A stretch of 64,000 nt of DNA from Amphiscolops sp. MND2022 (GCA_964187785.1 OZ076409.1:21888001-21952000); one strand, 5' to 3'. Shown: positions 1-13,949, counted from the stretch's first letter. A program made the numbers and translations. The notes: generated by a model from the sequence alone, not told the origin.

Positions 1-908
1 CAAGTCGCATAGTTCACGCGTTCGTGGTCTAGTGGTAAGATGCTTGCTTTTCAACCCAGAGGTTTCGTGTTCGAACCGGTGCGTATGCACTAATTTTTTT
101 ACAAGCATTCCGAAGCAGAAGATTTCCAATTTTTTCGGCACTATGAGAACCCTTTTCGACTTTGTGACAATTTTTTTTGAAATTTTTTAAATGTCCTCAA
201 AAGGTTCCCCCTTCAGTTCTTTTTGATATTTTGGAACAGAGCGAATGTTAAAAAATCCCAAAGGGTCCCTTCTTTCAGATTTTTCGGCACTGTGAGACTG
301 TTCAAAGTTATCATTTTTGGTTTTTTTTCGAAAGCTTTAAAAGTTTCCGAAGGGTACCCCTTCAATTTTTTGATATTTTGCAACAGAATGGATGTTAAAA
401 AATCTCAAAGGGTTCCCCCATTCACAGTATTCGGCATTGTGAGATTTTGCAAAATGAATATTTTTCGTCGTAAAATAAGGTTTTCTCAGGACCAGCACGC
501 TATATCCGAACTTTTTTCAAGACCGGCGTTTTTTCTTTTGCGACTTCTTTTCTTATTTGTTTCCATCGAAGCCCCCAATCAATTTCTACTAGAAACGAAA
601 CATTTTGCGAGCATAAAGGACTCCTCAGGGTTTTCGGCACTATGCGACTTACCGGAGACCTTTTTTTGAGACTTACCGGAGACAATCAATTTTTTGTTTT
701 TTGAAAGTTTTTTTTATTGTGACAGATGGGTTTTTTGGTGTTTCTAGTTATGGAAAATGGTTTTCGAGTCTTAATCGTATGCTTTCGGATATTTTTTGGC
801 GCTGTAAAATTGATGAAATTTTAAAAATAATTGTTTATTTGGTTTTCTCTTCAAAAGTTCGCAACTGTCTTCGCAAGTGTTTGCGAAGCACGGCTTCGCC
901 TCTGTGTT
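1..908 (+). mobile_element. HINE-like family B copy with tRNA-like module (5' end outside the window)
   Basis: Ends TCGCAAGTGT + GCGAAGCACGGCTTCGC hairpin + CTCTGTGTT; tRNA-like segment at about 18-90. Confidence 0.75.
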
Positions 909-1101
909 CAATATGGAATGATAACTCAGTTGAGCTTTCGTGAGAGAAAATTCGGGAAGTTTTTTTCCACTTTGTGGGTTGTATTAGAGAAACTTTTGGA
1001 ACTTTCCAATTTGCATTTAAATTAAAATCGCTGAAGAATTCTGAGGCGACCACTGATTGGAGGTTTTAATACTCTGATTCCCGGTGCATTTATTAAGTTA
1101 C

Positions 1102-1329
1102 CTGGTAAGTGTTGTATTACTTCAATGCCCATATCTTTCAGATGAGACTGATCGCCGATGCCTGACAGCATGAGTATTTGAGGAGATCCAATGGAGCCAG
1201 CACTCAAAATCACTTCCTTGTGTGCCCGGATTTTGATGGGCTCGGAACCAACCGGCTGCTCAACCATCAAGCCAACCGCTTTATCACCCTCAAAAATGAC
1301 TTTGTTCACAGCTACTTTAGTCAATGTAC
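1102..1329 (-). CDS. CHDH: Choline dehydrogenase, exon 11 (gene continues beyond the window start)
   Basis: KEVILSAGSIGSPQILMLSGIGD...HLPG GMC signature 2; TTTCAG acceptor, G|GTAAC donor. Confidence 0.92.
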
Positions 1330-2699
1330 CTGAAACCCAGCAAGATGGAAAAAGCTTGGAACAGTAATAGCAAGTAAATTAAAATTTAGGCGGCGAACGT
1401 TGGAAAAGGGCGGTAATGCTAGGCGAGAAAAAATTTAGAACTTGAAAATTGAAAAGTGCTGGTTGCCCTGGTGATGGCTATTGCGTTCGATCATTTCTGG
1501 TTCTCGATGGAGGGTCCGCTGACACGTGAATAAGTCCACAAACGGCTACTGAGGAAAAAATTTTTTCGACAGACTTTTCAAAACTGCGGTTTTACAGCAG
1601 TTTTTTCACTGCGGTTCTGTCCAAGTATGAATTGAACAAAAAAATAATAGGTCCACGACACTTGACTGATCTTTTTCACAGTTTATCATCTATATAGCAA
1701 CGTACATGTGGAATTTTCGAACGAATCAGGTCATTCGTAAGTAGGTAAATGTACGTAATGTTTTTATTGTTTTTTATCCGTTGGGTTTTGTAGTTTTCTG
1801 ATAAGGAAAACCATGTTCCGAGTCTAAAGGTTGACCTCTTTGGCTATGTTTTGGTCCTGTGGAACTGATGAGAGTTTTCTCAATACCTGTGGAAAAGACC
1901 AATGGTTTTCGACACTGCGACTTTTTTCCGGAAAAATATTCGGTCAAAGAAAACTCCCTCCACTTTTTACGAAGTTTTTGGCTGGGAAAAAGCGTTTTCC
2001 GAACTTGAACATTTTTCGACACTATGAGACCTTTTACGGAAAAAAATTTGCATTTTTTGATGCTTCGAGTATTTTTTGGCACTGTGTCCCTACGCATATT
2101 CTAAACACTTTGCTCTATTTTAAACCATGAGCGGGGCGTTCCCAGCTTATTCAATTTTATCACAGAAATGAAAAAATATCGCTACGGCTGCTCGATACGA
2201 GTTTAGGTTTTTGAAAATCGAGTTTTTAGGTATTCAAAAATAGCTTAAAAAGCTCCCAGAAAAGATTTGATTGCATATTATAATGCGTGAATCACATGAC
2301 GAAAAGGATCAAAATCGATTTTTTGCAGTAAGCTTGCTTTATGCCCCACACTATAATAGCGGGTATTGGGTAGTTCCTAGCGTCTCACGTGTGGAGTGCA
2401 TTATTGCAGGGCAGATCAACGGCTGTCTAAGGGTACTTTTCAGGTTAAATTCGCCTTGAACTAGACACATGAGTGGGTGTGCGTTCATTTCACCCCACTT
2501 TCATTTCACACCATATTGTAATTATACAAAAGCATCTCACCTTAATTAATTAATTTACCACTAAATTTAGATGCTACTGGTTTTGAGTCAGCTTTGATTT
2601 GATTGTCAGGTTCTGGCCATACGTGACTAAAAAAAGGAAAAGGAAATTTTTTGCATCAGTCATTTCACCCCTTCACAGGAGAAATGATTACTGTCTTTT

Positions 2700-3121
2700 T
2701 TAGTCGGCGCTTCATGAAGTGAAACGCGACTACACTAGTGGCTTTTTAAATCACGACGAACTGACCAAAATAGTTCTCAAAAATTCTACGGTACTTTAAG
2801 GTGTCAAATTGGACCATTTGGGCCAAGGAACTTAACCCGAAGGACCCACTTTCAATTCTTTCGGCATTGTGAGACTTTTTCGAAATTTTTTAAATGTCTT
2901 CAAAGGGTCCCCTTCAACTTTTTGCGAAAGGAATGTTGAATAATCCGAAAGGGTCCTACCTTTTAACGCGCCAGGGGCCCGCGGTATCGGGGCCCGGCGC
3001 GCCAATTCGGTCCAACTTTTGGGTTTTTCGGGAACTGTAAAAGAATATTTGACACTTTGAAGTCCTTTTGCTATTTTTGAGCCTTGGATATGGCGCCGAC
3101 TTAAGCCGTTCCCGGCTGGTT
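2700..3121 (+). mobile_element. DINE-1/HINE-like family A copy
   Basis: TTTTAGTCGGCGC start with partial IR; GCGCCGACTT plus short stem-loop at the end. Confidence 0.75.
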
Positions 3122-3306
3122 AAATTTTAAGAGAGTTTCTTTCAGTCAATTGTTCGTGATTTTTCTAAGATGATGCAAGAACGATAGGCCTCAATAGTTG
3201 TTTTACAACAAGGAGTCTTTTACTGCTTAATGCGAAGCTAGAGATCAGTTGGTTCGCTTCGACTCTATTATGTTTACAAACATTGTGATCTATTCAAAGC
3301 TGCAAT

Positions 3307-4207
3307 ATGGCTAAATCTACAGATGAAATATCTCTTATGCTGAAAGAATCAGCAATTGATGAATCGATAAAAAGCATTCTTATTCCCATTATTGAAAACC
3401 TCAAAGTTAAAGATGCGGAGATTATCGAACTTAAAAATGAAGTTACCTATCTCACCAAAAAAGTAAAAGAGATGGAGCAGTACTCGAGCAAGGATTGTAT
3501 TATCTTTCGAAACTTACCATTATTGTCTGGACGGTCAATTACGGAGGAAGTGGTTACATTTATCAACAAGCAACTTGGAGTTCAGATGGGACCTAAACCT
3601 GGTAGCATGCCATGCGCTCTCTCCTGTGAGGAACCCAGCACAGCCACCTGCAATAATGGCTAAGTTCATTTACTTTAGTTTGAAAGATCGTGTATGGGGA
3701 CGAAAATCGTCTTTGCGGTTTTTTAAAAATCCCTTGAACGGTTACGCTGTTTATTTAACTGAGCGACTAACAAAAAGAGATCAAGAACTTGGTAATGAGG
3801 CAAACAACATGGGTATACATGTAACAACAAATAATTGCAAGCCTCAAGTTTGGAAAGATTGTGGTGATGGACAATTCATGAAACATACACTTGTTGACAG
3901 GGACGATCTATTGAAACTGGCTAGAACCCAGAAGCTGCGAAATTTTCGACAAAAAACAGTTGATGAAATAACTCCGCCAACGGAATATCAAACCAGCCGA
4001 GAACGGCCAAATGTGACACCAGCTAACCAAAGTGGAAAGAGACCATTCCAAGAAGATTCTCCAGTCATTGACACGTCTCTCTATGATAAATTGAAAGCTG
4101 TGCGCGGAGACGAAGGACGAATACTCGACTTAGTGGAGTCTCTCTTCAATCAAGAAAAAGAAAAAAAAAGAATCATTTCAAACGGCAGTTTTGAACAAAC
4201 TGATTAA
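3307..4207 (+). pseudogene. LINE ORF1 (frameshifted)
   Basis: Two overlapping ORFs; coiled coil plus EQYSSKDCIIFRNLP and YLTERLT motifs. Confidence 0.8.
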
Positions 4208-4236
4208 ATTGTACCTAATTAGTTTTCACGATTTGA

Positions 4237-7200
4237 GTGGAGCGATCTGTTTCATCTACTTTCGGTTTCATGCATAAAAATACCAGCCGAATTGAAAGTC
4301 AGTGGAATGAGGTGAATGTACTAGGATTAAACATTAGATCTTTAGGATTCCATCATGACCAATTGAAAATACTTTTCGAAACGTTCGAACGTAAACCTGA
4401 AAAACTGATCATCACAGAAACTTGGTTAACTGAAAACGATCCTATTGATAGATTCGAATTGGATGATTACCAGCCAGTTGAATCGAAACCTCGAGAGTGC
4501 TTCAAGCGGAGATCTGGAGGTGTGGCTTTTTATGTGAAAGAAGGTATTAGGTACAGAAGTATTGAATTACAAACACGAATAGAATGTTCAATTGTTCAAG
4601 TAATTTTTTCTGATAGTGATGTGAAAAACTTTTGCGCAGTCTATAGACCTGAAACTTTCCGTTTATCAAAATTTTTTCCAGCATTTGAAGTACTATTGCA
4701 TTTTCTAAAGACTCTGAAAGGTGATAAAATAATTTTGAAGATTTCAATACTGACACACTGAATGAACACAAAGATAAAACAGATTACACGAACTTACTGG
4801 CGGCCTATTTTTTTCAAGTACAAAATTTTTTACCAACCAGAGTTACACCGACATCGAAAACATGTCTTGATCACAGAAAGAACGGTAAATACGGAGACGA
4901 TACAAACTACGATTAGTGACCACTTCACGGTCACTGCAAAAGTGCCGGCGATTTGGAAAGAAAGCAAGAGTAGAAATATTCCGCTTGCTCGCAATTTGAA
5001 CAGGCTAAAAGGAGAGAGTGCATTGAATTTCGTGTTCCTACTAGATCAAAAGCTTTAAAAAATTGAATGAAACTTCGGACGTAAATGCACATGTTGGCGC
5101 CAGAGATCGAGAAACTAACTTAGATAAATTAGATAGTTGAAATCTTGAGTTCCAAAACTTTCCAAAACACTCGAAACTCAAAACCATAATTCACTAACCT
5201 GTGCTGTTGTGAATATTTGAAGTCAAATGATTAATTTGGTAATGGCGCTTAATGTTTGTACCGAAGTTCATTGTACTTTGACTCTATTCGAACGAGAGCG
5301 GTGGCGTGATTTGAGTCAAATGTTATCTGTCCAACCTATCGGTCAAATTGCCGTTCATATTGCCGTTTCATTGATAGATTTACCTCTTTATGGAAAATTT
5401 TGGAAGGAATTGCCAAATTGGAGGTGTGAGAAATCCGAAAACGTGATGGAAAAAGTGATCTCATGTAACTTTGTTATTTGAATATCCTGTGACTTTACAG
5501 GTTATCAACTGTACATCCGCTGAGTAGAGTATAAATTTGACCAATTTTGATACCATATTCAGAACGCTAATAAAAATATTCTTGAAACTTAAATGTCTTT
5601 GACAGCTGTTGAGTAGCTACCCCGGTTCCGGTTTAGACAGGTTGTGACTGGGAGGGTAGCATTGCACTGCTCAACGATCGAAAAAATAAACTATCAGCTG
5701 TTTTAGGAGTCCTAATCAATCAGAAAAGTTCTCTTGAAATAGCATTATTAGGCGTAGTAGGTCTAAGAACTAGGAAAGCGTTCTATAATCGCTCATCGTA
5801 GTAGCGAGATCAAAAGCTCATCGTAAGAGCTATAGACGTGAAACGACAACCCTCTTCGCAAGCTTTGGTGGAAACACTTTGTTGAGGACGGTCAGTTGCA
5901 GTGTTTGGGCGTACAACCTCCGGACAACGAAGAGGCGAGGCAGATTTCCAGTCAAAAGAGGGATTGGGATCGAGGTATTGCTCAGCCCAAAGAGTCTGAA
6001 GTTGAGAAGCACGAAGCCGCTAGCAGCTGAGAACTCATTGAAATACAGTCCTTTTGAAAGTTTGTTCCTGCTTTTGGCCGAAGAAGCGGGAAGGATCAGG
6101 GACCGGCAGAAAGCTCAATTCCGCTGTAAGATTTGAGCGGCCGTTACAGCACAAATGAAAGAAATATCGGAATTTATCATGGCATGTGTAGATCAATTCG
6201 CACCAGAGAAGCCGCGGACAGGTCGAAATAAATCTGATGATTGGATTAGAAACAAAATCAAAAACGCCATTAGAAAACGTGATGATTTATTTCAGCTATG
6301 GATAAGAAACCCTACTGAGTTGAACTGTCAAACTTACAGAAAATGTCGTAATAAAGTCACGGAAATGATTCGATCAGAGAAGAAAAACACAAATTTCACA
6401 AAACCCGGAACAAATCCGACTGCTAAAACAATCTAGAAAACATTGAAATCAATAAAAAAGCAACAAGATGGTACGAATTTACCGGACTTGAATGTTTTAA
6501 ACAACCATTTCATTTCTATTGGACCGAAAATGTCATCCAAATTCACAGAAATAACAGGTGAATGTAATTCACCCGAATTTGAAAAAACAATGTTTGTGCA
6601 TCCTACCAACGAAAAAGAAATTTATGAGAAACTTCACGGCATGAAAAACAAAAAAAGCAGTGGTCATGATGGAATAAGTAATGAAATTTTAAAATGTTGT
6701 TCTCCTATACTGGATACCTTCCTAGTTAGAATTTTCAATCAATGTATTACTAATTGCATTTTTCCCGAATGCTTCAAAACAGCTAAAGTTATATCCCTGT
6801 ATAAGAAAGGAGACAAAACTGATCCCCATAACTACAGACCAATTAGCCTGTTGAGTTCATTGAGCAAAATTTTCGAAAAAATTCTTCATAAAAGAATGAT
6901 GAAATTCTGTCAAACTAACAAACTACTGAACCCAGTGCAATATGGCTTTAGAAAAAAAATGTCTTGCACTGATGCAATCGATGCCATAACGGACTACATC
7001 AGAGATGTGATTGATAGAAAATTGACTGGACAGGCCTGCTTCATTGATCTTTAGAAAGCTTTCGATACCATAGATCACAAAAAACTGTTGAGAAAAATGG
7101 AAAAACTTGGGCTGCGAGGGAATATCAACAATCTGATTGGCAATTATTTAACTGATAGGTGGCAATACGTTAGTACTAACAGGGAAAACACAATGAAACA

Positions 7201-8156
7201 AAAAAATTCCACTGGAGTTCCACAAGGATCGGTTCTAGGTCCTTTTTTGTTCCTGCTTTATATTAATGATCTTCCAAGTGTCTGCGAATCAAGTCAGATG
7301 ATGATCTTTGCCGATGATACAAGCATTATAAATGCTGGAAAACGTACTGGTGCTGCCATCAAAAATGACATAGTAACTGTATCCAAGTGATTCGAATCTA
7401 ACAAGTTGACTATCAATACTGATAAGTGCGAGGCAATGTTTTTTGGATGCGGCAAACCTAATAACTTGAGAGTCTTGTCGAAAGAGCTTGAGTACAAAAA
7501 TTCTTGTAAGTATTTAGGTGTCCACATAGATAAAAACCTGAGATTCAGAGAACACATTGATCATGTGGTTAAAAAACTGAACAAATTTTGTGGTTTGATA
7601 TATAGGGTAGGACACTTGTACCGGAGAAAATCTCTTCTAATGTTCTACAATTCAATTGCAAAATCAATCATTACTTATGGATTACTGTTATACGGTACCG
7701 CATATAAAACAAATATGACTAAAATAGAAGCTGTGCAAGGGCGAATCCTTCGGGCATTTTTTTCCAAGAAAAAATTCGATTCCTTGGAAAGTGTGTTTGC
7801 TGATAACAAAGTTTTGACTGTTTTTGAACTTTTCCAGGTAGAAATACTTAAAGAATTATTTCGTCAACTGAAATGTAAATCACCTCGTACTCTCTTGCAA
7901 CCTAATGAAAACTCTAATCCCAATTATCAAACAAGATTGCGTAAAAACATGTTTACCTGTATATAGTAGAACGGTTACTAATAAAAAGTCCTTGACCAAT
8001 TGTCTTGGAAAAGCATACAATTGGTTATTAAATCTAGATCTCGTTCCTTATTCACTATGGGAAATGTCTCCCCGACAAATAAAACAACTTATAACAAAAA
8101 TCACATCACTCTACATTATTGAGAACAAACAACTTTTAGAACTGTTCTACAACTGA
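4237..8156 (+). pseudogene. LINE ORF2 (APE-RT), fragmented and interrupted by a solo LTR
   Basis: Collinear APE and RT fragments; removing 5092-6153 restores DVNAQMKEISEF. Confidence 0.9.
5092..6148. mobile_element. Solo LTR (1,057 bp) inside LINE ORF2
   Basis: TG...CA termini (TGTTGGCGCC...GGCCGTTACA) and perfect 5-bp TSD GCACA (5087-5091 and 6149-6153); no coding capacity. Confidence 0.85.
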
Positions 8157-8807
8157 TAGACATAAACCTTTGAGCATCATTTTCCTCATTTGAATCTAAC
8201 TCATTGACTTCAACTTGGTTTCAGAAGGCGTAAACTAGAATAGCATCTCTGCTCATTTTACGTCCTATTTGGGTGCTTTTAAATACATTTTGTATTTTTA
8301 AAGCTACTCAATGAAATTAAATCTTATTCAAGGAAGAGACAAGACTTGTCACACCGGGAAACAAACATTCGAGCTTCGTTGCTAAACTAAGATGAAAGAA
8401 ACGTTTTTGCAGTAATCAGTGGCAGCATCTCTGCTTTTTTATTTTCCGCCCACATATAATGGGGGAACAAAATCATAATCTGTGTTGCGTTTTTTTTTCA
8501 AAATCTGCCAAATCTCCACGATCTCCATCCAATTCACTTAGTAACTAATTTAGTTACTTGACTATTTTAGTTACTATGGCTCAGTTGGTTAAGGCGGAGA
8601 AGTATCCTGGTGCTTAGCGGGCGTCTTGTTCATCATTAAAAGCCAATTTGGAGCTTCAAAATTGAGGTCACAAACAATTGATAGGTTTCATAATTCATAA
8701 AATTGAGTCGATACAAGCGGAAAATTTGAATTTGAAGCTAGATTTAAAAGACAGCGGAAGTGTCAACATGCGCACTTTGTGCCCTTGGATGTCTAGTTTC
8801 TCACATA

Positions 8808-9260
8808 AACAAGCCGGGACCTATCAGAGGCTCAAAAATAGCAAACGGACTTCAAAGAAGCAAAGTATTGGTGAATTGGGGACAATTTAATGAAAAATTC
8901 TATTTTGAAAAAGTCTCACAATCAAAGGGGAAAAAGTTTTTTGAAAGAAAACTGAAAAGGGGAACCTTTTGGGATTTTCAACGTCCATGCTGTCGCAAAA
9001 CTCCGAAAAAAATGAAGGGGGCTCTTGGGGATAATTTTTTTTCGAAAAAATGTCCCACAATGCCGGAAAAAACGTGGGACCTTTTAGTCTCGCCCGGTAT
9101 TGTATGTTACGCGGAAAAAAGGAAAAACCTTTTTGGTTCAGTTCCCTGGGCCAACAGGTACATTTTGGCGACATTTTAAAATTTGTAGAACTTTTGGTAG
9201 AACTATTTTGATCACTTGAGAGGTATCGACAAAAAAACTAACGACTAAAGCGCCGACTAA
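8808..9260 (-). mobile_element. DINE-1/HINE-like family A copy
   Basis: AAACAAGCCGGGAC...AAAGCGCCGACTAAAA. Confidence 0.7.
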
Positions 9261-9620
9261 AAATTAACATCTATTTTGAGTGCTAACGATTCCGAACGCA
9301 AACAATGGCGCCCCGAAACGTTCGTAAAGCGTTTTTTCTGCCTTTTGGTATAAATAATTCAGCATTTTTCTCATGTTAAAACTTTCCACAAAAATGGCGA
9401 TTTCCACAAATCCTCGGCTGTCATCATCCTCTGATCTCTCAGCGTCAGTCAGACTGATTTCACGAAACGGATTCGAAAGTGTTCCAACAAAATCACCGTA
9501 TATGGTAGGTACACTTTCGGATTTTAAAATCGCGAAACTGAACGTATGTGAGCTTCTAGAAAAACTGGCGAATTTTGAAATCAATTTTTTTTTCGAATCA
9601 GACTTATGGGTTATACTAAC

Positions 9621-9771
9621 TGAGTTGGCTGCGCGACAACGCTGGTCTCAGATAGGCGTTGGCCGTGCTCCACCTAACTCCCTTCTTCACAGTCAGGTCC
9701 ATGTACCCCATACCTTCCTGCTGGAACCCATTTTGGTCATCAGTGAACGCGAATCCAGCTTCTTGACCGGC
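9621..9771 (-). CDS. CHDH: Choline dehydrogenase, exon 10 (absent from the ORF track)
   Basis: Translates [45 protein letters not shown]; donor A|GTTAGT. Confidence 0.92.
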
Positions 9772-10297
9772 CTTTGTCAATACATGTCCATCCGGTTAAT
9801 TTTAATCAATAATCTAAACTTGTAAGGATAGCATGCAAAAGGTAAATCATTTTCAAGCGCTGGTAAATTATATCAATTGCTAACTTAAATTCAAAAATGT
9901 GACATGACCAAAATTTTTTACTGCTATTTTGCGTTAATAATGTAATTGACTCCATCGTCAAAACTGAACAAAAAATTTAACTTCCAGAAACTTCCAATAT
10001 TGTTTCAAAACACACTTTGTTCGAAATTCTTTACCTTCTCGAATTGGTTATAATAAAAATTTGTTAAATCTTATTTAAATGGGAATCACTTCTTATTGGA
10101 CAATTCAGCATATCATTAGGAAAAGTTGAAAAAAAATGGAAGTGACATCCCCTCTTTTCATGAACGGCAAGTTTCGTTCACTCTTTTTATGCAAGAGTTG
10201 TATCGAATGAGTTCTTAAACTCCATTTTATTCTATCAAAACCATCTCTCATTGTCATTTGAGAGATGAATATTTAGAGGATGGATATGTATGAGTGC

Positions 10298-10536
10298 CTT
10301 TATCCACACGTCATGCAACTCGTTGCCCGAACTGCCCCTGGAAACAAAGAGGGGTCCATCTCCCCCTCTGTACTTGCTGGGTCCATGCTGGTGAGTCTGG
10401 GCGCGTTTGAAGTACGGCAGACAGTGGTGGTAGTCCCATTCGCTGCCTGCCCCCTCTGTATAAGCCCAGCGGTTGTAGTCTTCGGCGTGGCCCCGGACAT
10501 AAGCCATACCGTTTATAGAAGACGATCCACCCCATC
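10298..10536 (-). CDS. CHDH: Choline dehydrogenase, exon 9
   Basis: GWGGSSSINGMAYVRGHAEDYNRW...WDYHHCLPYFKRAQ GMC signature; 3' end needs a GC donor. Confidence 0.92.
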
Positions 10537-11323
10537 CTACAATATCGTAAACATCTCACTTAAAAACCGTAGAAAAACCATGTTGTCTGTAATAAACGAA
10601 TTGGACCTCTGATTGTGAAAAATGACCTGGACTTGATTAAAGGAGACCAAACTCTCCTGAACGAAGTACATGTGGTATTTTCGAAAACTGTAAAATTGAA
10701 AGTTTATTAACATTTCATGTCGATTACAATTTTTTTTCGTTTTTAATCGTTCTGATGCTTAAACAAAAGCGTCCACTGAGATTGCAAGATTTTGAACAGA
10801 AACCTTCTTGAACAGGACATTTCAGGGAAACAAATTCGCTCCAAATCATTTTTACAACCAGGTGTCCAAATCATTTATTATAGTACGTTAGGTTATTTCA
10901 CCTAACAACAGAATTCTGTATCTATGTTGCATTGTTAAAAGCATCAAAATTTCGATAAAAATGGAAGTTCAACGGAAACTCTCGAATCATCTCGTTGAAA
11001 TATGTATAACCTTTGAATGTACCCGATCGACGAAAACAAACTAGGGCAAAAATCTCAAACGTATTAAAATGGAAGGCGCTTCAACGCAACAGAAAAACTA
11101 TCAAAAAATTGACACTGTATGAAGAACTTTTTTGACTGTATGAAGAAAAAGTTTTGAATTACTTAGAGAAAAATTACTGAATGGCACCAAGTTGGTTTTC
11201 ATTATTCTTTCCTTCCGAGTCATTTAAAATAAATTGTTGCTCTAGAAACGGGCGTCCAATCGTTCATTCCTTAAGTTAACTTCAACTTCTGGCGGAAATG
11301 AGGCATGGAAATCGGGAAGCAAC

Positions 11324-11476
11324 CTTTGCCACGGGGGCAGTATATCTTTCTGTTATTCATTTCCTTCTGTGGAACTGAGTAGTAATTCCAGTTGAACTTG
11401 GTCGTTTTACTGCCCAGATTGTACATCAACGCAACTGGCATGTGCACAGTCCAAGAGTAGTCTCGAGGTCCCGCTT
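11324..11476 (-). CDS. CHDH: Choline dehydrogenase, exon 8
   Basis: (E)AGPRDYSWTVHMPVALMYNL...NWNYYSVPQKEMNNRKIYCPRGK; canonical splice sites. Confidence 0.92.
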
Positions 11477-12173
11477 CTAGAAAAACAAACCAATGAAAAA
11501 TCACCCGCCTCAATTTTGCACAGCCGCTGTTGATCAAACTTCTTAAGCACTGAACAATTCAAATTTAACAAAACCTAGTTCTATGGATATAAAACTTCAG
11601 ATAAAAACTTTTACAGGTTGAAGAACGTTTCTAAACCAAAATTACCGGAAGAGAAAAACAATGGAAACTAGAAAAGAAACTTTTACATTACCTCAATTCC
11701 AAAAAATCGGCTCAAATTTTGAACTATTGACGTTATTCACCAAAAAAGCAACATAACAATTATAACAAGTCTGTATTAAGTAAATGGAAGATAGTTATCT
11801 ATATAATCTTTCATCAACTCACATAGATGCCAAAAATCAAAGCAATGGGTCCTTGAAAAGATCACGAAAAATCGGAAATCGAAAAACTACTATGCTCACG
11901 CCACTTAAAACCATAGAAGGCTACTTGCTTTCTAAAGATTGACACGCAAAATTTTGAGCCGCAGAAATTATAGGGACAAAAAAAACATTTAGAAAGAACC
12001 AAAATAGTTGAATATGCATATCATTTCCCATTGTAGGCTTGTAGCAACTTGATTGTGTGGGAAAAATGTACCATTTTATATCGAATTCCATTTAATGGCC
12101 ATGAATTTTTAATCAACAAAAAGTCGCTTCGAAATCCTAACTTCAAGCCGACCATTGTTTGATCACATGGTAG

Positions 12174-12656
12174 AACAAGCCGAGAACGGCCAAAGTCGGC
12201 GCCATATCTAAGGCTCAAAATTGTAAAAGGGTGGGACCCCTTGACTTTAAAAAATTTCCCAAAAAATCTTTTTAAAATGTGATTTTTGAACAGTGTCACT
12301 GTGCCGAAAAATGTAAAAGGGGGACCCTTTGTAAAAAGACCCTTTGGGATTTTTTGACATCCATTTGTGTTGCAAAATATCGAAACAAATGAAGGGGGGA
12401 CCCTTTGGTGCAATCCAAAAAATTTCAAAAAAAGTCGCATAGTGCCGAAAAAAAGTGGGATCCTTAGTGTGTTTTCGAGGTTCTGGGCGTGTTTTGTTTT
12501 TTCTTTTCGTTTTGGACGCACTTCTGAGGTTCGAGTGTTTTGAACCTCCATAGTTCAAGTTGTTGAACAAATGAACAAAAAAAGTGGACCTTACGCGTCT
12601 TAAAAAACTACCCACTGTAAGAGTCGGGCACATTTTCTAATAAAATGCGCCGACTA
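12174..12656 (-). mobile_element. DINE-1/HINE-like family A copy
   Basis: AACAAGCCGAGAACGGCCAAAGTCGGCGC...AGTCGGGCAC..GCGCCGACTAAAAA. Confidence 0.8.
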
Positions 12657-13949
12657 AAAATGGTATCATAGCTTACTATGAAGAGTTAGTACCTTGAAGG
12701 GTGTCAACCTAAAAAGGCAGAACTGCTTTTCCGGCGTCAACGTTGCAGAATCAAGGAAATAAATTGTCTTCCCTTAATTTTAATCGCATACACGTCAGAA
12801 GCTCCTTGGTCAAAATCTACACGAAAATCTACCCGATTAAAATCACTTAATAACTATGAATTGAACATTGGCTGGATGACTCGGCCGTCCTACATCCGGA
12901 TAACTCCAGTTATCATACACATAAGTCCTGGAAAATCCTGATACCCATCCAAAGAAGGAAACAAAGAATTTAAAACACTAATCCTTTTAATTCAGACACG
13001 ACTTTCACTAATTTAAACACTTCAATCCATTGAAAATTGAAGCTGATCATTAACACAAAAAATGAGATCCAAAACTATCATTTGCATCGGCTGAAGCAAG
13101 TATTACAAATATGCTAAAAGGCCGTTTTTATGAAAATTCCCAAAAATCTTACATTGCCAAACAAAACATTGACAAATGGGGTGAAAAAGCTTTTCCTGAC
13201 TGGAAATAACAAAAAAAAACCCAAAGGGAAGAAAAATTTCAGATAAAGGGGCCCTTTGCACTTTTTCTTCGTAGGTGATGCAAAGATGAAAAAAGTGAAG
13301 GAGCCTTAAGCCTCTGTACACGCCTTAGGCGAGGAGGCTTCTATTCGGAAGCGGCATTTATAACCATTCACGCAAATTTCAGGTAAGGTTTTTGAATCAG
13401 ACAAATGCAAGTCGCAATAACAAAATGGAGGCTCAAAACATCATACAGCAGGTATAACATAAAATTTGGAAATTAAACTCACGTAACTACAGGGAGCTAT
13501 AACTGCAAAAGGTCATCTCATTGATTGGGCAATCAATTTTCGCGTATTATTATTATTATAGTTTCAAAACAGGAAAACATACAGTTGATACGTCGAATCA
13601 GTAGCAATCACATTTGAAGAGGGCCCGAACAGCATAACAATGTCAATCCAGTCGGACCGGACCGTGGCTCAATGAGAAAAAAATTTTTAAAATTCTTTCA
13701 GGTTTCTTCAGTGTAATTTAGGATCTGATTTGGTATTTTTCAATGAGAAAAAATTGTTTTCAGGTTCGAAATCGACGGCGATGTACCTCAATATCGGGAC
13801 CTGTGTCCAAGACCTTAACATTACGATACACATGCCGGTACGAACTAGCAGGATCCTGCTAGTTCGATTTTTGTCCAATCAGAGCGCGAATATTTTTTTG
13901 GAAGTTTTACAAAACCGCAGGCATGTATGGCAGTGATCATTGTGAAAAG

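Larger units (their letters stand above)
3140..8330 (+). mobile_element. Near-full-length CR1/L2-group LINE, disrupted (ends approximate)
   Basis: ORF1 3307-4207 (coiled coil, EQYS, one frameshift); APE endonuclease (NIRSL, TETWL, SDH); RT (YRPISLL, QYGFR, GVPQGSVLGP, FADD, YLGV); many stops and frameshifts. Confidence 0.93.

Noticed and set aside
18..90. Functional tRNA genes (also about 56139-56210 and 24611-24691)
   Set aside because: Acceptor and anticodon stems pair poorly and each lies inside a repeat copy; treated as tRNA-derived modules.
223..1053. F/K-rich ORFs here and in similar repeats (e.g. 1774-2130, 8760-9179, 12021-12633, 23296-23579, 49402-49798)
   Set aside because: They are chance frames through the HINE-like repeats, on both strands, with no protein motifs.
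8576..8625. A-box-like TGGCTCAGTTGG suggesting a SINE head
   Set aside because: No B-box or second copy found in the window.
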